In this document: in pieces, positions 19,350 through 28,646 of the stretch | Numbering within the stretch: the first letter of the stretch is position 1 | Layout: each line of letters opens with the position of its first letter | Source: an uncultured virus (IMG/VR IMGVR_UViG_2882234885_000004) | Lineage: Duplodnaviria; Heunggongvirae; Uroviricota; Caudoviricetes | IMG/VR virus record: IMGVR_UViG_2882234885_000004 | Length of the DNA: 64,000 nt | Strand: one strand, 5' to 3' | Notes under the pieces: generated by a model | Database searches by the model: none | Seen by the model: only the letters and a program-made list of their open reading frames with translations | What the model was told of the DNA's origin: nothing | Made by a program: the position numbers and the translations under genes

Positions 19350-19385
19350 GGACTTAGGTGCTTAAGCACCAATATACCTAAGCAC
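19346..19385. repeat. phased 8-bp repeat array (YTAAGYRC family)
   Basis: TTAGGGAC TTAGGTGC TTAAGCAC CAATATAC CTAAGCAC. Confidence 0.7.
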
Positions 19386-19454
19386 CGATGAGCAGCGGGG
19401 CCCCGTGGATTTATCCATGGGGCCTTGCGCTCTAAAAAAGGAGGTCAAAATTTC

Positions 19455-20036
19455 ATGTTAGAAATCCGAAAAATGTTGGTAGGCACTGTCGAGCTTGGCA
19501 GTCTATTCGTTGGCCGTCAGGCCCAGCAAGTCCCACAGAACCCTATTGCAAAGACTGGAGATATCCCTATCTATTCTGGAGGCCAAATCACTATTCGAAA
19601 TACAGTCCCCGGGAAGGCCATTACCTGGGTTGCGGCGGGCGATATCCTGATTGCTGACAGATGCCTGCTCAGTGATGTGACCTGGAAGGAACTTGACGCT
19701 GCCGGACTCATCGCAGGCCGTGAGGTCTGCATTGACGGCCACAAGTATCTGTGCCGTGCCCCCAAAGTGGGATACGACAGCGACCGCCAGAATGAGTGGG
19801 ATAAGGCCCTCGCCATTATGGGTGCTGACAACAGCCTCTGGCATTGGAAATCTATGTATTTCTGGGGGGCAGATGGGCTTACTACCGTCACACGGATTGC
19901 CCGGGGTTGTATCACGGCATACACCAGAGATTTTGCGGATGAGGATTCGAGATACTTCAACGTCGGGTTCCGGCCCTGCCTGATTCCCCTGGAGGACGAC
20001 TTCGCTTCCTACTTAGTGGGAGGTGAAGCGCAGTGA
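19455..20036 (+). CDS. hypothetical protein, C-terminus resembling C-type-lectin/FGE-like fold
   Basis: NEWD, RIARG...R...VGFRPCL pattern. Confidence 0.6.
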   Translation: MLEIRKMLVGTVELGSLFVGRQAQQVPQNPIAKTGDIPIYSGGQITIRNTVPGKAITWVAAGDILIADRCLLSDVTWKELDAAGLIAGREVCIDGHKYLCRAPKVGYDSDRQNEWDKALAIMGADNSLWHWKSMYFWGADGLTTVTRIARGCITAYTRDFADEDSRYFNVGFRPCLIPLEDDFASYLVGGEAQ

Positions 20037-20719
20037 GCTATTACAGCATCGCAATCGATGGCCCTGTCGCCGCCGGGAAGACTACGCAGGCCAAGGCTCT
20101 GGCCAGTCGGCTGGGGTTTGTCTATGTGGATACCGGCGCGATGTACCGGGCATTTGCGGTCCATAAGCTGTGGCTGGAAAAAGAGATAGGCGAAGAAATC
20201 GAAGTTGAGCGGGCGCTCAGAACCTTCGATTTGGATATTGTCCAGGATGAGAATGGTCAACACATTCTGATTTGGGGCAAGGACGTCACTTCGCAGTTAA
20301 GAACGCCCGAGGTGTCCATGGTTGCGTCCAAAGCATCCGCACATTCGGCTGTTCGGGAGGCCCTCCTGAAAATCCAACAGGTTATGCCTTCAATGAACAA
20401 TGTCGTCATGGAGGGACGGGATATCGGGACGGTCGTCATTCCGAACGCCACACTCAAGGTCTTTTTGACGGCCAAAGCAGAGGTCCGGGCACAGCGGCGC
20501 TGGAAAGAGCAGTGTTCGCATGGCGTGACGGATTCTTATGAGCAAACCTTGGCCCTTCTGCAAAAGCGGGATTACGATGACTCTCACCGGGAAATCGCGC
20601 CGTTGGAGCAGGCTGAGGACGCTGTGCTGGTTGATTGCACGGAGATGACAATTCAGGAAACGACCAATGTGATTCTGGCTCTTTGGAATTCAAAGGCCAA
20701 AAGGGGAGGTATGAATTGA
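20033..20719 (+). CDS. cmk: cytidylate kinase
   Basis: IAIDGPVAAGKTT, DTGAMYR, VMEGRDIGTVV.P.A.LKVFLTA, RD..DS.R..APL. Confidence 0.95.
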   Translation: MSYYSIAIDGPVAAGKTTQAKALASRLGFVYVDTGAMYRAFAVHKLWLEKEIGEEIEVERALRTFDLDIVQDENGQHILIWGKDVTSQLRTPEVSMVASKASAHSAVREALLKIQQVMPSMNNVVMEGRDIGTVVIPNATLKVFLTAKAEVRAQRRWKEQCSHGVTDSYEQTLALLQKRDYDDSHREIAPLEQAEDAVLVDCTEMTIQETTNVILALWNSKAKRGGMN

Positions 20720-21603
20720 TGTTGAATGGATTGTATTGTCTGATTGGTAAGAGCGGGACCGGGAAGTCTACGGTCATGCAGGCACTGCACGACACCTACG
20801 GTTACACGATTGCCCAGAGCTATACGGACCGGCCGAAGCGGACCCCGGATGAGCAGGGACATGAATTTCTCAGCCCAGCCGAGTTTGATGCGCTGAACGG
20901 CTTGATTCTGCCGCGCAGCAGTCAGGATGGCCGCTATGGGATGACCGAGGAAATGCTCGATAAGAGCGAACTCATCGTCCTGGACTATCTGGGCACGCAG
21001 GAGCTTCTGCAGTCCTACACCAAGCGCCCCGTCCATGTGATTGGCCTACATGCTGACACACATACCCGTATTGTACGGATTGATGAGAGGGGAAACACCT
21101 TTCAGGAGCGGCGAAAGCGCCTCAGTGCGGATGAGCATGAGTTTTATTCGATGAACGACCTCTGTGACATCGTTGTGCCCAACCGGGACCTGCAGCAGAC
21201 GGTCGGCATCATCAAGAACTTCATCGACTTCTGCGAGGAAACGGCTTGGGTTTGCGCAGACGACGACTGCCTTCAGTTCCGCCGACGGGTTGGTGTAGAC
21301 AGTAACAAGATGCCGGTCTACGAACTGGTCCAGGTCAACAGTTACGGCGATGACCTGTTTCATGTGGCGCATGGGCGTGTATATTTCAGCGATGTCGACG
21401 AGGAGGAGCTTGAATCGCTGTTCAGCGAGTATGGTTGGTCGTATTACAGCCTGCTAGGCGAGGACGGCTGGGGTATTGTTGCGGAAGCCGTTTTTGAAAA
21501 TAGCGCAACAGAATACGATACCGCAGATGAGTATACAACCTTTGAGGCAGCCGCACGGGCCCTGGGGGAAATTATCGGCCGCGATATTTCATCGTACCTG
21601 TGA
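20719..21603 (+). CDS. gmk: guanylate-kinase-like domain fused to an unknown C-terminal domain
   Basis: LIGKSGTGKST, SYTDRPKR, HEFLS; about 120 aa acidic extension. Confidence 0.75.
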   Translation: MLNGLYCLIGKSGTGKSTVMQALHDTYGYTIAQSYTDRPKRTPDEQGHEFLSPAEFDALNGLILPRSSQDGRYGMTEEMLDKSELIVLDYLGTQELLQSYTKRPVHVIGLHADTHTRIVRIDERGNTFQERRKRLSADEHEFYSMNDLCDIVVPNRDLQQTVGIIKNFIDFCEETAWVCADDDCLQFRRRVGVDSNKMPVYELVQVNSYGDDLFHVAHGRVYFSDVDEEELESLFSEYGWSYYSLLGEDGWGIVAEAVFENSATEYDTADEYTTFEAAARALGEIIGRDISSYL

Positions 21604-22199
21604 GGCGCTGTATGGATGACGATATCTTGCTGTGGCACGTTTCGTTTGACATAGAGCGGCCTCTGATACGCACCTATGTTCCTCTGGTTCCGAAAAATCC
21701 AATGCCCGGCGAGGACACCACGATTCCCAGAATCTGTTTTGCTCCGTCCATTGAGGACTGCCTCAACGCGATGGTCGCAGACCGGGTAGAGCGTGGCCTT
21801 GAAGATGGAAGATTCCTGGGATTTCCGTTCCGGGTAGCCAAGGATGACCCGTTCCTTAAAACGCCAGATGACATCGGAGATATGGTCCCGGACGCCTATT
21901 GGACACGGGAACACTGGTATTTAAAACCCGTCACACTGGCTGGATATCTGATGCAAGTGGACGACTTCGAGGATTACGAATTCTACGACGCTTACGAGTC
22001 CCATCGGCCGCTGATTTACAAAATCCTGCTGGAGAACGGTGTTTCATCAAAGGATTTGGCCGAGTTCGATGGCTGGAGCACGACAGAAGTGCTCATGAGT
22101 ATCCCAACCTGGCTTGGCTATGAAATCGCTCTGCGGCTTAACATCCATCAGCTCCATGCGTTCGAGTGTCTGAATTATCGGTCAATAGAAAGTGCATAA
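21600..22199 (+). CDS. hypothetical protein
   Basis: WHVS...P.VP...GED.TIPRICFAPSIEDCL motif seen in phage hypotheticals. Confidence 0.7.
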   Translation: MRRCMDDDILLWHVSFDIERPLIRTYVPLVPKNPMPGEDTTIPRICFAPSIEDCLNAMVADRVERGLEDGRFLGFPFRVAKDDPFLKTPDDIGDMVPDAYWTREHWYLKPVTLAGYLMQVDDFEDYEFYDAYESHRPLIYKILLENGVSSKDLAEFDGWSTTEVLMSIPTWLGYEIALRLNIHQLHAFECLNYRSIESA

Positions 22200-22219
22200 G
22201 TGCTTAGGAGTCTAAGCGC
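22196..22219. repeat. phased 8-bp repeat array
   Basis: ATAAGTGC TTAGGAGT CTAAGCGC. Confidence 0.5.
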
Positions 22220-22232
22220 TTTTGCGGAAGGA

Positions 22233-22290
22233 AAGGAGGTTGGGCGGCTTCTCTGTCACATATGTGATGGAGAGGCCGCTCTGTTCTATG
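22233..22290 (+). promoter_or_regulatory. split RBS: SD, 18-bp hairpin, ATG
   Basis: AAGGAGG 22233-22239, hairpin 22242-22281, TGTTCT, ATG 22288. Confidence 0.65.
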
Positions 22291-22929
22291 CAGTATGCAG
22301 AAAATTTAAACGCGAACAGAGAATTCGCAGCGCAGTTTGCTCAGGCCCTTGTTTCTTGGCGCAAGCGCAAGGGAATGACGCAAAGAGCTCTAGCTCAAAA
22401 AGCTGGAATTGCAAACGCCACACTTCATCGGTATGAGAGTGGAACTCTGTGCCCGTCACCTGAAATCGTTCAGAAACTTGCGGATGCATTAGATGTTCAG
22501 CATGAGGACCTTTTAAACCTGGATAATCTTCTGAAAAGTGAAACGGTCCCGGAACGCATTAAGCGCATGAGACGGCTTCGTGGGATTACTCAGGAGGAAT
22601 TGGGCAAAATGGTTGGAACTACGAAGTCCACAATTTCCATATGTGAATCCGGGCGGAACGAATTGAGAAGTACAACGCTGGCCCGGATTGCCGAAGCGCT
22701 TGGCGTGTCGTACGAGTACCTTGTCCTGGGAAAACCTCAAGATGGTGACTTTTTGCAGGAAGGATTAACCCCTTTCAAAAAAGTCCCCGTCGTTCTAGCT
22801 GCGGTCGAAGAGTTCGGTGACGACCATCGGCTGGTCTTCCGCACACTCACGATTCGGGTTCCCAATGATGGTTTAGACTGGCACGTTATGGGAGAAGTAA
22901 AAACAGATTGCCAACAAAACGAGGAGTGA
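22288..22929 (+). CDS. tandem XRE-family HTH transcriptional regulator
   Basis: Two HTH_3 units (MTQRALAQKAGI..ATLHRYESG; ITQEELGKMVG...ISICESG); start inferred from split RBS. Confidence 0.88.
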   Translation: MQYAENLNANREFAAQFAQALVSWRKRKGMTQRALAQKAGIANATLHRYESGTLCPSPEIVQKLADALDVQHEDLLNLDNLLKSETVPERIKRMRRLRGITQEELGKMVGTTKSTISICESGRNELRSTTLARIAEALGVSYEYLVLGKPQDGDFLQEGLTPFKKVPVVLAAVEEFGDDHRLVFRTLTIRVPNDGLDWHVMGEVKTDCQQNEE

Positions 22930-22995
22930 GCGCTGCTTCTAGCGAGGACGGCAATGGCTGGCAATTTAATATCTGAACACATTCTATCTGTCTAT

Positions 22996-23027
22996 CCGCC
23001 CCAGGTTGTTCTGGGGCGGCTTTTTTT
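22996..23027 (+). terminator. intrinsic terminator
   Basis: CCGCCCCAG/CTGGGGCGG then C and T7. Confidence 0.8.
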
Positions 23028-23056
23028 ACAATGTCACCATCCTACCTCACTTATAC

Positions 23057-23088
23057 TTAAGCACCGGAGCGTCTAAGCACTTAAGTGC
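23057..23088. repeat. phased 8-bp repeat array
   Basis: TTAAGCAC CGGAGCGT CTAAGCAC TTAAGTGC. Confidence 0.7.
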
Positions 23089-23121
23089 CGTTGCTGGTAT
23101 TGCCTTTTGTGTACAGCAGTT

Positions 23122-23275
23122 TTGACTTCTATCGTAATAGATGGTAGGATATTACTATCAAACAAGGAAGTATCTCATTAAACAAACATCAATCTATCAG
23201 TTTCAAGCAGCTAGGTCTTTAAACGGGCCTAGCTGCTTTTTATATATACACAAACATTTTTCAAGGAGGACGACT
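23122..23275 (+). promoter_or_regulatory. conserved operon leader L4
   Basis: TTGACT 23122, TGgTAGGAT ending 23150, AAGGAAGTATC 23164, hairpin 23205-23238 plus T-run, ATATACACAAAC, AAGGAGG. Confidence 0.9.
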
Positions 23276-23806
23276 ATGAAGTACAAATTCTTTCAAGGCG
23301 GAGTCACTGAGGTGCCGGTTGAGCACCTGATTGAGGACTACCAGAACCTAGCCCAGACGAAAGCAACTCTGAGCAGATGCATCCAGGCATATGCGCGGAA
23401 ACTGCCCGAGGCTCTTGCCTACGATGAGCGGGCCAAAGAGTCTCTGGCAGCGCTCCAGGATGCCAGTGAGACGATTTCCACGGTTATGGATTGTCTTGCG
23501 GACAGCATCGACAGCCACACCACTGCCCCGGAAGGACTGAAGTTCCAACCGAGCGTCACATCTGTGATTGCGATGGGGTGTAAAACCGGCATCATTGCCC
23601 GCGAAGATGGAAGCGATATTCGCTGCGCTGGCGGTATGGATGTGTCCACAGTCTACCCTGGGTGTACCGAGCGGTGCCCGTACAAAAATAAGTGCGAGCA
23701 GGAACTTTGCCGCATCCAACTGGAAACCGGAGCTTTTTATACCGGGGACAGCAGGGAGTCCGATGAACTGCTGGACAGCATCGAGCGGTATCCAGAGAAG
23801 GAGTGA
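23276..23806 (+). CDS. hypothetical protein
   Basis: ATG after L4 RBS. Confidence 0.75.
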   Translation: MKYKFFQGGVTEVPVEHLIEDYQNLAQTKATLSRCIQAYARKLPEALAYDERAKESLAALQDASETISTVMDCLADSIDSHTTAPEGLKFQPSVTSVIAMGCKTGIIAREDGSDIRCAGGMDVSTVYPGCTERCPYKNKCEQELCRIQLETGAFYTGDSRESDELLDSIERYPEKE

Positions 23807-23812
23807 TGACCT

Positions 23813-23977
23813 GTGCGTTTCACTCCGTCTGAGGTAAATCGAGCGATGCACCGCCTGCACTTGCGGGACACTGCGGACTGCCGCGCCAAGGCTGTGGCTA
23901 TTCTGCAAGCCTGGGACCGAGGCATCGGTGACGTAGATGACGTTATCGACGCCTATGAAGCTGCGCAAGCATATTGA
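23813..23977 (+). CDS. small hypothetical protein (54 aa, not in track)
   Basis: GTG after AAGGAG; exactly fills the gap. Confidence 0.45.
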   Translation: MRFTPSEVNRAMHRLHLRDTADCRAKAVAILQAWDRGIGDVDDVIDAYEAAQAY

Positions 23978-23990
23978 GGAAGGAGTTTTT

Positions 23991-24152
23991 ATGAAAGCAA
24001 CAAATATCGAATGGGACGTCGATTGTCCTGAAGACCTGGAGACATTGCCCAAAGAGGTCGTGATTCCTGACGGCATGAAAGACGAGGATGAAATTTCCGA
24101 CTATCTGTCGGACCTGACAGGCTTCTGCCACAAAGGTTTCTATTTGGAGTAA
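23991..24152 (+). CDS. small acidic hypothetical protein
   Basis: MKATNIEWDVD...ISDYLSDLTGFCHKGF; AAGGAG RBS. Confidence 0.7.
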   Translation: MKATNIEWDVDCPEDLETLPKEVVIPDGMKDEDEISDYLSDLTGFCHKGFYLE

Positions 24153-24161
24153 TTTTCTTGA

Positions 24162-24226
24162 AAGGAGGGCGGCTGTGCATCGGGTGCAGGCATCATCTGC
24201 ACCGATGCACAGCCTATTTTACCATG
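24162..24226 (+). promoter_or_regulatory. split RBS: SD, about 19-bp hairpin, ATG
   Basis: AAGGAGG 24162-24168, hairpin 24171-24214, TATTTTACC, ATG 24224. Confidence 0.6.
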
Positions 24227-24748
24227 GATGTTATTTTGAATCTGCGCGAGATGGACATTGAGTCCGAGTTTGATGCTTCTGGGAACCCCACGCCGGAGTT
24301 TCTCAGCAACATCATCCAGGCCATCATTCAGGAATATGGGGCCCGGGCATCTGACTCCGAGGCGTTTATTTACCCTGAACTCACAGCCAGCAACTGTGTG
24401 TTCGGCTTCAAGGAGCCGGTCCGACTGCTTCAGCGTGTTTCCGAGTGGAACGGAAGCATTCGGGAACAGTTCCTGCGGTGCGTAGATGCGGTCTGCAAGA
24501 TTTCGACGTATGGCCAACTGCCTACCACAGACCAACTGCCGCGTTCAAAGAGCCCTGAGATGTATTCCATGCTTGGAGCCACAAGCGAAATGAACGATGA
24601 CTGGTACGACTACGCCGACCATGCGATTTTCCTGGAGGATGCCAACGGCGACCGCACGTTCCGCTGCGTCCTACAGCCGTTCGACCTGAGCAATATTCAG
24701 CGTGACCCGGCGGAGTATGCCATCGTCACCGTTTTCCCAAAGAGTTGA
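24224..24748 (+). CDS. hypothetical protein
   Basis: In frame with track ORF 24158; start inferred from split RBS. Confidence 0.7.
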   Translation: MDVILNLREMDIESEFDASGNPTPEFLSNIIQAIIQEYGARASDSEAFIYPELTASNCVFGFKEPVRLLQRVSEWNGSIREQFLRCVDAVCKISTYGQLPTTDQLPRSKSPEMYSMLGATSEMNDDWYDYADHAIFLEDANGDRTFRCVLQPFDLSNIQRDPAEYAIVTVFPKS

Positions 24749-24764
24749 GAGAGGAGAGATTATC

Positions 24765-24834
24765 ATGTTCGCTGTCATCAAGAAGAACGAGGGTCTGGCC
24801 AAAGTCATTGATGCCCCTTCCCTCAAGGCGGCCT
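24765..24834 (+). pseudogene. 5' part of a 30-aa ORF interrupted by the IscB element (3' part 26497-26519)
   Basis: GAGGAG RBS; joining the flanks gives MFAVIKKNEGLAKVIDAPSLKAAYDADAKE*. Confidence 0.5.
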
Positions 24835-25140
24835 GTCAGTCACCCCACGAATAAATTCGGGGGCTTGAAAAGCCTTGACTGACTACCCTAAGTGCTTCGG
24901 GCACTACGTTATCCGAGAATGCCAGCCGGGCCACAATAGTGGTCTGGCTGGCACATAGGCACCGGCGGGCGTGATATCCGAACCTGCCGCACTGCGGCGC
25001 ATGGTTAAACAGTCCTGATGGGTAGGGGCAGTGCTGTGCGCGGAGAAACCTCGGAATAACATTGGGGACGGATACCTGACGGGCTTCGGCCCGGGCAGTT
25101 TTCTGCGTAGTAGCTGCCAAAATGTGAGAAAGAAAGGAGG
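24835..25140 (+). ncRNA. IscB omegaRNA scaffold (3' end approximate)
   Basis: About 300-nt structured non-coding region directly 5' of iscB; GTCAGTCA/TGACTGAC stem. Confidence 0.8.
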
Positions 25141-25149
25141 CGCACTGAC

Positions 25150-26430
25150 ATGGTGTATGTACAGAACCGGCTGGGACAGCCGCTGATGCCCACGAAGGAC
25201 CATCGAAAGGTGCGCCTTCTGCTGGACAGCGGAGCGGCGGTGGTCGTAAAACGCACCCCGTTTACCATCCGGCTGACAACAAAAGCAAAGTCCTACGTAC
25301 AGCCAATCATTTTAGGCGTGGATGCTGGGAGCAAGACCATCGGCCTGTCGGCGTCCACGGAGACAGAGGAACTGTTTGCCGCTGAAGTCACACCCCGGAA
25401 CGACGTAGTGGATAACCTGTCCACCCGCAGGGAATTCCGCCGTTCTCGGCGTAACCGGAAGACGCGATACCGCGAGCCTCGATTCAACAATCGGGTCCGC
25501 AGCAAACACAAGGGCTGGCTTGCCCCTTCCGTGGAGGTCAAAATCCAGGAGCACATTACCGCTGTCAAGCGTGTGTGCGCCCTGCTCCCGGTGGGAAAAA
25601 TCGTTGTGGAAACAGCGGAGTTTGACCTGCAGCTTCTGAAAGCGGTGGAGGCCGGGCTTCCGGTCCCACGGGGAGAGGACTACCAGAAGGGTGAGATGCT
25701 AGGCCACTACAACATCCGGCAGTATGTCCTCTGGCGTGACGGTTACACCTGCCGGTGCTGCGGCACTCATGGGAAGGGCGTGAAATTCCACGTCCATCAC
25801 CTGGAGAGCCGGAAGACCGGCGGAAACGCCCCAGATAACCTCGTAACCCTGTGTGATGGGTGCCACAAGAAGTTCCACAAAGGGATAATCACCCCGGATA
25901 TTCTGAAAAAGAGGAAATGTCGTTCCACCAGGGATGCCGCCTTTATGGGCATTATGCGTAAGACCTTGATGGAACGTCTCCGGGCGGAACTCGCTATCCA
26001 GGTTGTCGAGACCAAAGGGTATATTACCAAGTACACCAGAGTAGAACTTCTGAAACTGGACAAGACCCACACCAACGACGCCCTGGCCATTGCTCAGGGG
26101 CGGAGAGGGTTTGGAGTCGAGGAACTAACGACGATTCCGCAGTCTGATTACATCTACCGCATCCGCCCAGTTCGCCACCATAACCGTCAGCTCCACAAGG
26201 CGACCATCCTCCCGGGAGGCATCCGTAAGAGCAACCAGGCCCCACGCTATGTGCGGGGGTTCCGACTGTTCGACAAGGTATCCTATCTGGGGGAAGATTG
26301 CTTTATTTGGGGCAGACGCAGCAGTGGGAGTTTCCTGCTCAAACTGCTGGATGGCACCAAGGTCAAGGATGGGGTTGGTTACAAGCGTATCAGTCTTCTG
26401 GAACGAAGCGCAAGCTACTTAATATCTTAA
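25150..26430 (+). CDS. iscB: IscB RNA-guided endonuclease
   Basis: PLMP; RuvC-I LGVDAGS; RRSRR bridge helix; RuvC-II VETAEFD; HNH HVHH..NLVTLCDGCH; RuvC-III HTNDA. Confidence 0.97.
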   Translation: MVYVQNRLGQPLMPTKDHRKVRLLLDSGAAVVVKRTPFTIRLTTKAKSYVQPIILGVDAGSKTIGLSASTETEELFAAEVTPRNDVVDNLSTRREFRRSRRNRKTRYREPRFNNRVRSKHKGWLAPSVEVKIQEHITAVKRVCALLPVGKIVVETAEFDLQLLKAVEAGLPVPRGEDYQKGEMLGHYNIRQYVLWRDGYTCRCCGTHGKGVKFHVHHLESRKTGGNAPDNLVTLCDGCHKKFHKGIITPDILKKRKCRSTRDAAFMGIMRKTLMERLRAELAIQVVETKGYITKYTRVELLKLDKTHTNDALAIAQGRRGFGVEELTTIPQSDYIYRIRPVRHHNRQLHKATILPGGIRKSNQAPRYVRGFRLFDKVSYLGEDCFIWGRRSSGSFLLKLLDGTKVKDGVGYKRISLLERSASYLIS

Positions 26431-26533
26431 CAGAAAGGAGAGAAGGGCTGTTTCCTCCCCATGGTTGAAACCAGGGGTTTCTACAGCCCAATTTCGATGA
26501 TGCGGATGCAAAAGAGTGAGGAAGGAGTTTTTT

Positions 26534-26797
26534 ATGGGCATTATGCTTGGGAACCTGTCTGTAAAGGACATTGAAACCCGCCTTGGTATTACACTTTCTG
26601 CCGAGGATGTTGCCGTTCTGCAGGAAAAACGCCAGGAGAACGTCAGTGTCCCCCTTGCAAGTGGAAAGTGGCACTGCTTTGACATTCCCTTTATGTTTAT
26701 GGCTGCTACGAGAGACGATGCTCTGATGTTTGCTGACATCTTCGGGAAATATACCGGGCAGATGCACAGCAAGTTTTCGATTGGATTTGAACGATAA
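26534..26797 (+). CDS. hypothetical protein
   Basis: AAGGAG RBS. Confidence 0.7.
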   Translation: MGIMLGNLSVKDIETRLGITLSAEDVAVLQEKRQENVSVPLASGKWHCFDIPFMFMAATRDDALMFADIFGKYTGQMHSKFSIGFER

Positions 26798-26824
26798 AGA
26801 AAGGAGGTCAGGCGGCTTCAAATT

Positions 26825-27268
26825 ATGAGGCCGCCCAACAAAATCATGATGGAGTCTATTATTGTTTACAGCCACTATGAATATGAGGATTCCCCTCTGT
26901 TCATTTTGCGTGCAGGAATGCCCTGTAACCGTGCAGAGTTCTCCAATGCGGCAGATATTCTGGCTGCCTTGGATGAGTGGTATGGCAATACTGAGCAGGA
27001 AACCACGGAATGGGCTTTGGAGTTCGAAATCTGGGCCCGTTTCCTGCTGCTGAACGGTGGGCTTATCCTGAATCCGCAACACCTAGCCTTGGAGGAAGTA
27101 AAGGATGAGTTTCTGGAACTGCTGAACGACGGCCCCGAGAACATTCGAACCCGCTATGAGCAGATGTTTGCTGCCAACATGGAGTCTCTGAAGGCGGCTT
27201 GGATAGCGGCAGATAAGCCTGAGCAGTTCGAGTTTGACCCGGGTGCGTGCTCCAGCAGGGAGGGGTAA
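26825..27268 (+). CDS. hypothetical protein (start 26825 or 26846)
   Basis: SD AAGGAGG 26801-26807 followed by 10-bp hairpin 26811-26835. Confidence 0.7.
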   Translation: MRPPNKIMMESIIVYSHYEYEDSPLFILRAGMPCNRAEFSNAADILAALDEWYGNTEQETTEWALEFEIWARFLLLNGGLILNPQHLALEEVKDEFLELLNDGPENIRTRYEQMFAANMESLKAAWIAADKPEQFEFDPGACSSREG

Positions 27269-27272
27269 GAGT

Positions 27273-27611
27273 ATGTTGCTGGCTACTAAGCTCAAAAACC
27301 GTATCCTGCTGGCTGCGAAGCCCGAGGACCTGCCGTTGAAAATTGAACTCAAAAATATTGTCATCAACGGTGTGAAGCGTGGATGCTCTGGGTTTGTCAC
27401 CAATATGCAGACAGGCTCTTGCGTGTACATTGACACTGAGAAGTTGGTCTATGGACCGCTCTCGGACAAATGTATGTATCGGTACGCAAGGGACAACAAG
27501 GACTACTCCAGCAACTGCCTGCAGAACGGCTGGAATCGCTGGGCGACGGATGAGGAACTGCCCAAGCAGGTCGTTGGACTGCTCAGAGAGGGCATTGGTA
27601 TCGTCCGATAG
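27273..27611 (+). CDS. hypothetical protein
   Basis: GGAGG RBS. Confidence 0.7.
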   Translation: MLLATKLKNRILLAAKPEDLPLKIELKNIVINGVKRGCSGFVTNMQTGSCVYIDTEKLVYGPLSDKCMYRYARDNKDYSSNCLQNGWNRWATDEELPKQVVGLLREGIGIVR

Positions 27612-27625
27612 AAGCGGTCTCAAAT

Positions 27626-27778
27626 TTGACGCCCCTTCCGAAAAATGATACCATACTTACAGTAGTTTAAGGGAGTATCACATACTGAAACCATATTGCT
27701 TTAGCAATCAGCCAGCATCCTCAAACTTGAGGGTGCTGGCTTTTTATATACACAAAACGAAGAAGGAGCGATAATTGC
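27626..27778 (+). promoter_or_regulatory. conserved operon leader L5
   Basis: TTGACG 27626, TGaTACCAT ending 27654, AAGGGAGTATC 27669, hairpin 27710-27741 plus T-run, ATATACACAAAAC, AAGGAG. Confidence 0.88.
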
Positions 27779-28582
27779 ATGTACTATCTGGTAGACCTGA
27801 AGGAGCAGAAGACTGAAGTTTTCAAAAGCAAACTGGACCTGCTATACTACCGCTTCAGCAAGCCGGAGCATCGCCCCCTGTGGTGGGCTCCTGACGAAAT
27901 CATCTATCGGATGATGGACTTCATTGAGCTGAACGTGACCGGCAAGGATATTGTTACGGGCTTTGAGAAGGTCCCCGGTAAGTTTTGGTTCTATGGTGGA
28001 ACCGCCTTCCCGTGCTACGAGAAGGTGGCCACGCTTCGCCGCTACATGGTCACGGATGAGCAGGGGAGACGTATCGACATCCGCACTTGGCTCCCGGAAA
28101 TTGCCCTTGTCCAGTCCGGCAAATACCGGCCCACCCACAAGGCGGCTGATTCCAAGGGGCCTGCGTATCGTCGGGAACCCTGTGGTCAGGGCCGCAAACA
28201 GCACTTCCACAGAGTAGGCTGTCCTGCTATGTGGCACCGCTCTCTGGCTGAAGCCATGGGTGAAGAAGACCTGGCGCTGGAGGCGGATGTCCGGCCTATG
28301 CGGGACCACTCTGGTATCCGTAAACGCGGCATCAAGGACGAGACCTCCTTTGAGCGGGCTGAGCGCCGGGCGAGTCGTAGCTGGACCTGCTCCAAGTGCT
28401 GGAAGGACCAGTCCAAGGCTGGCCGCCAGTGGGCCAAGCATAAGAAGGCCAAAAACGGCCGGTTCCTGCGTGAGAGCATCGACAACCTGCCGCTGCTCTA
28501 CGCGCACCCGGAGTTTGCGGATGACGATTACTGCTTCCGCCTTCTGATGATGGAATTCATTTTGTGGGGACGTACCTACTAA
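27779..28582 (+). CDS. hypothetical basic protein
   Basis: First gene after L5; SKCWKDQSK..RQW motif. Confidence 0.75.
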   Translation: MYYLVDLKEQKTEVFKSKLDLLYYRFSKPEHRPLWWAPDEIIYRMMDFIELNVTGKDIVTGFEKVPGKFWFYGGTAFPCYEKVATLRRYMVTDEQGRRIDIRTWLPEIALVQSGKYRPTHKAADSKGPAYRREPCGQGRKQHFHRVGCPAMWHRSLAEAMGEEDLALEADVRPMRDHSGIRKRGIKDETSFERAERRASRSWTCSKCWKDQSKAGRQWAKHKKAKNGRFLRESIDNLPLLYAHPEFADDDYCFRLLMMEFILWGRTY

Positions 28583-28646
28583 ACGTAGCTTGCGGGGGGA
28601 AGCATAATGCTCTCCCCGCAAGCCGCTGCACGAGGGAGGTGATATT

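Larger units (their letters stand above)
24835..26496 (+). mobile_element. non-autonomous IS200/IS605-family element carrying omegaRNA and iscB
   Basis: Left end GTCAGTCACCCC..GGGG hairpin shared with copy at 48959; right end CCCC-ATGGTTGAAACCA-GGGG hairpin followed by ATGA; no tnpA. Confidence 0.85.

Noticed and set aside
23239..23266. Antisense promoter or Frpo-like ssDNA promoter formed by TATATACAC...TTCAA after the hairpin
   Set aside because: On the minus strand the TTGAA-to-TATATA spacing is only about 10-13 nt and the -10 lacks its final T. Complementarity to the real promoter is only partial. Not supported, though folding was not computed.
24888..24895. CTAAGTGC inside the omegaRNA matching the octamer family
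   Set aside because: A single unit that is part of an omegaRNA hairpin, so probably coincidental.
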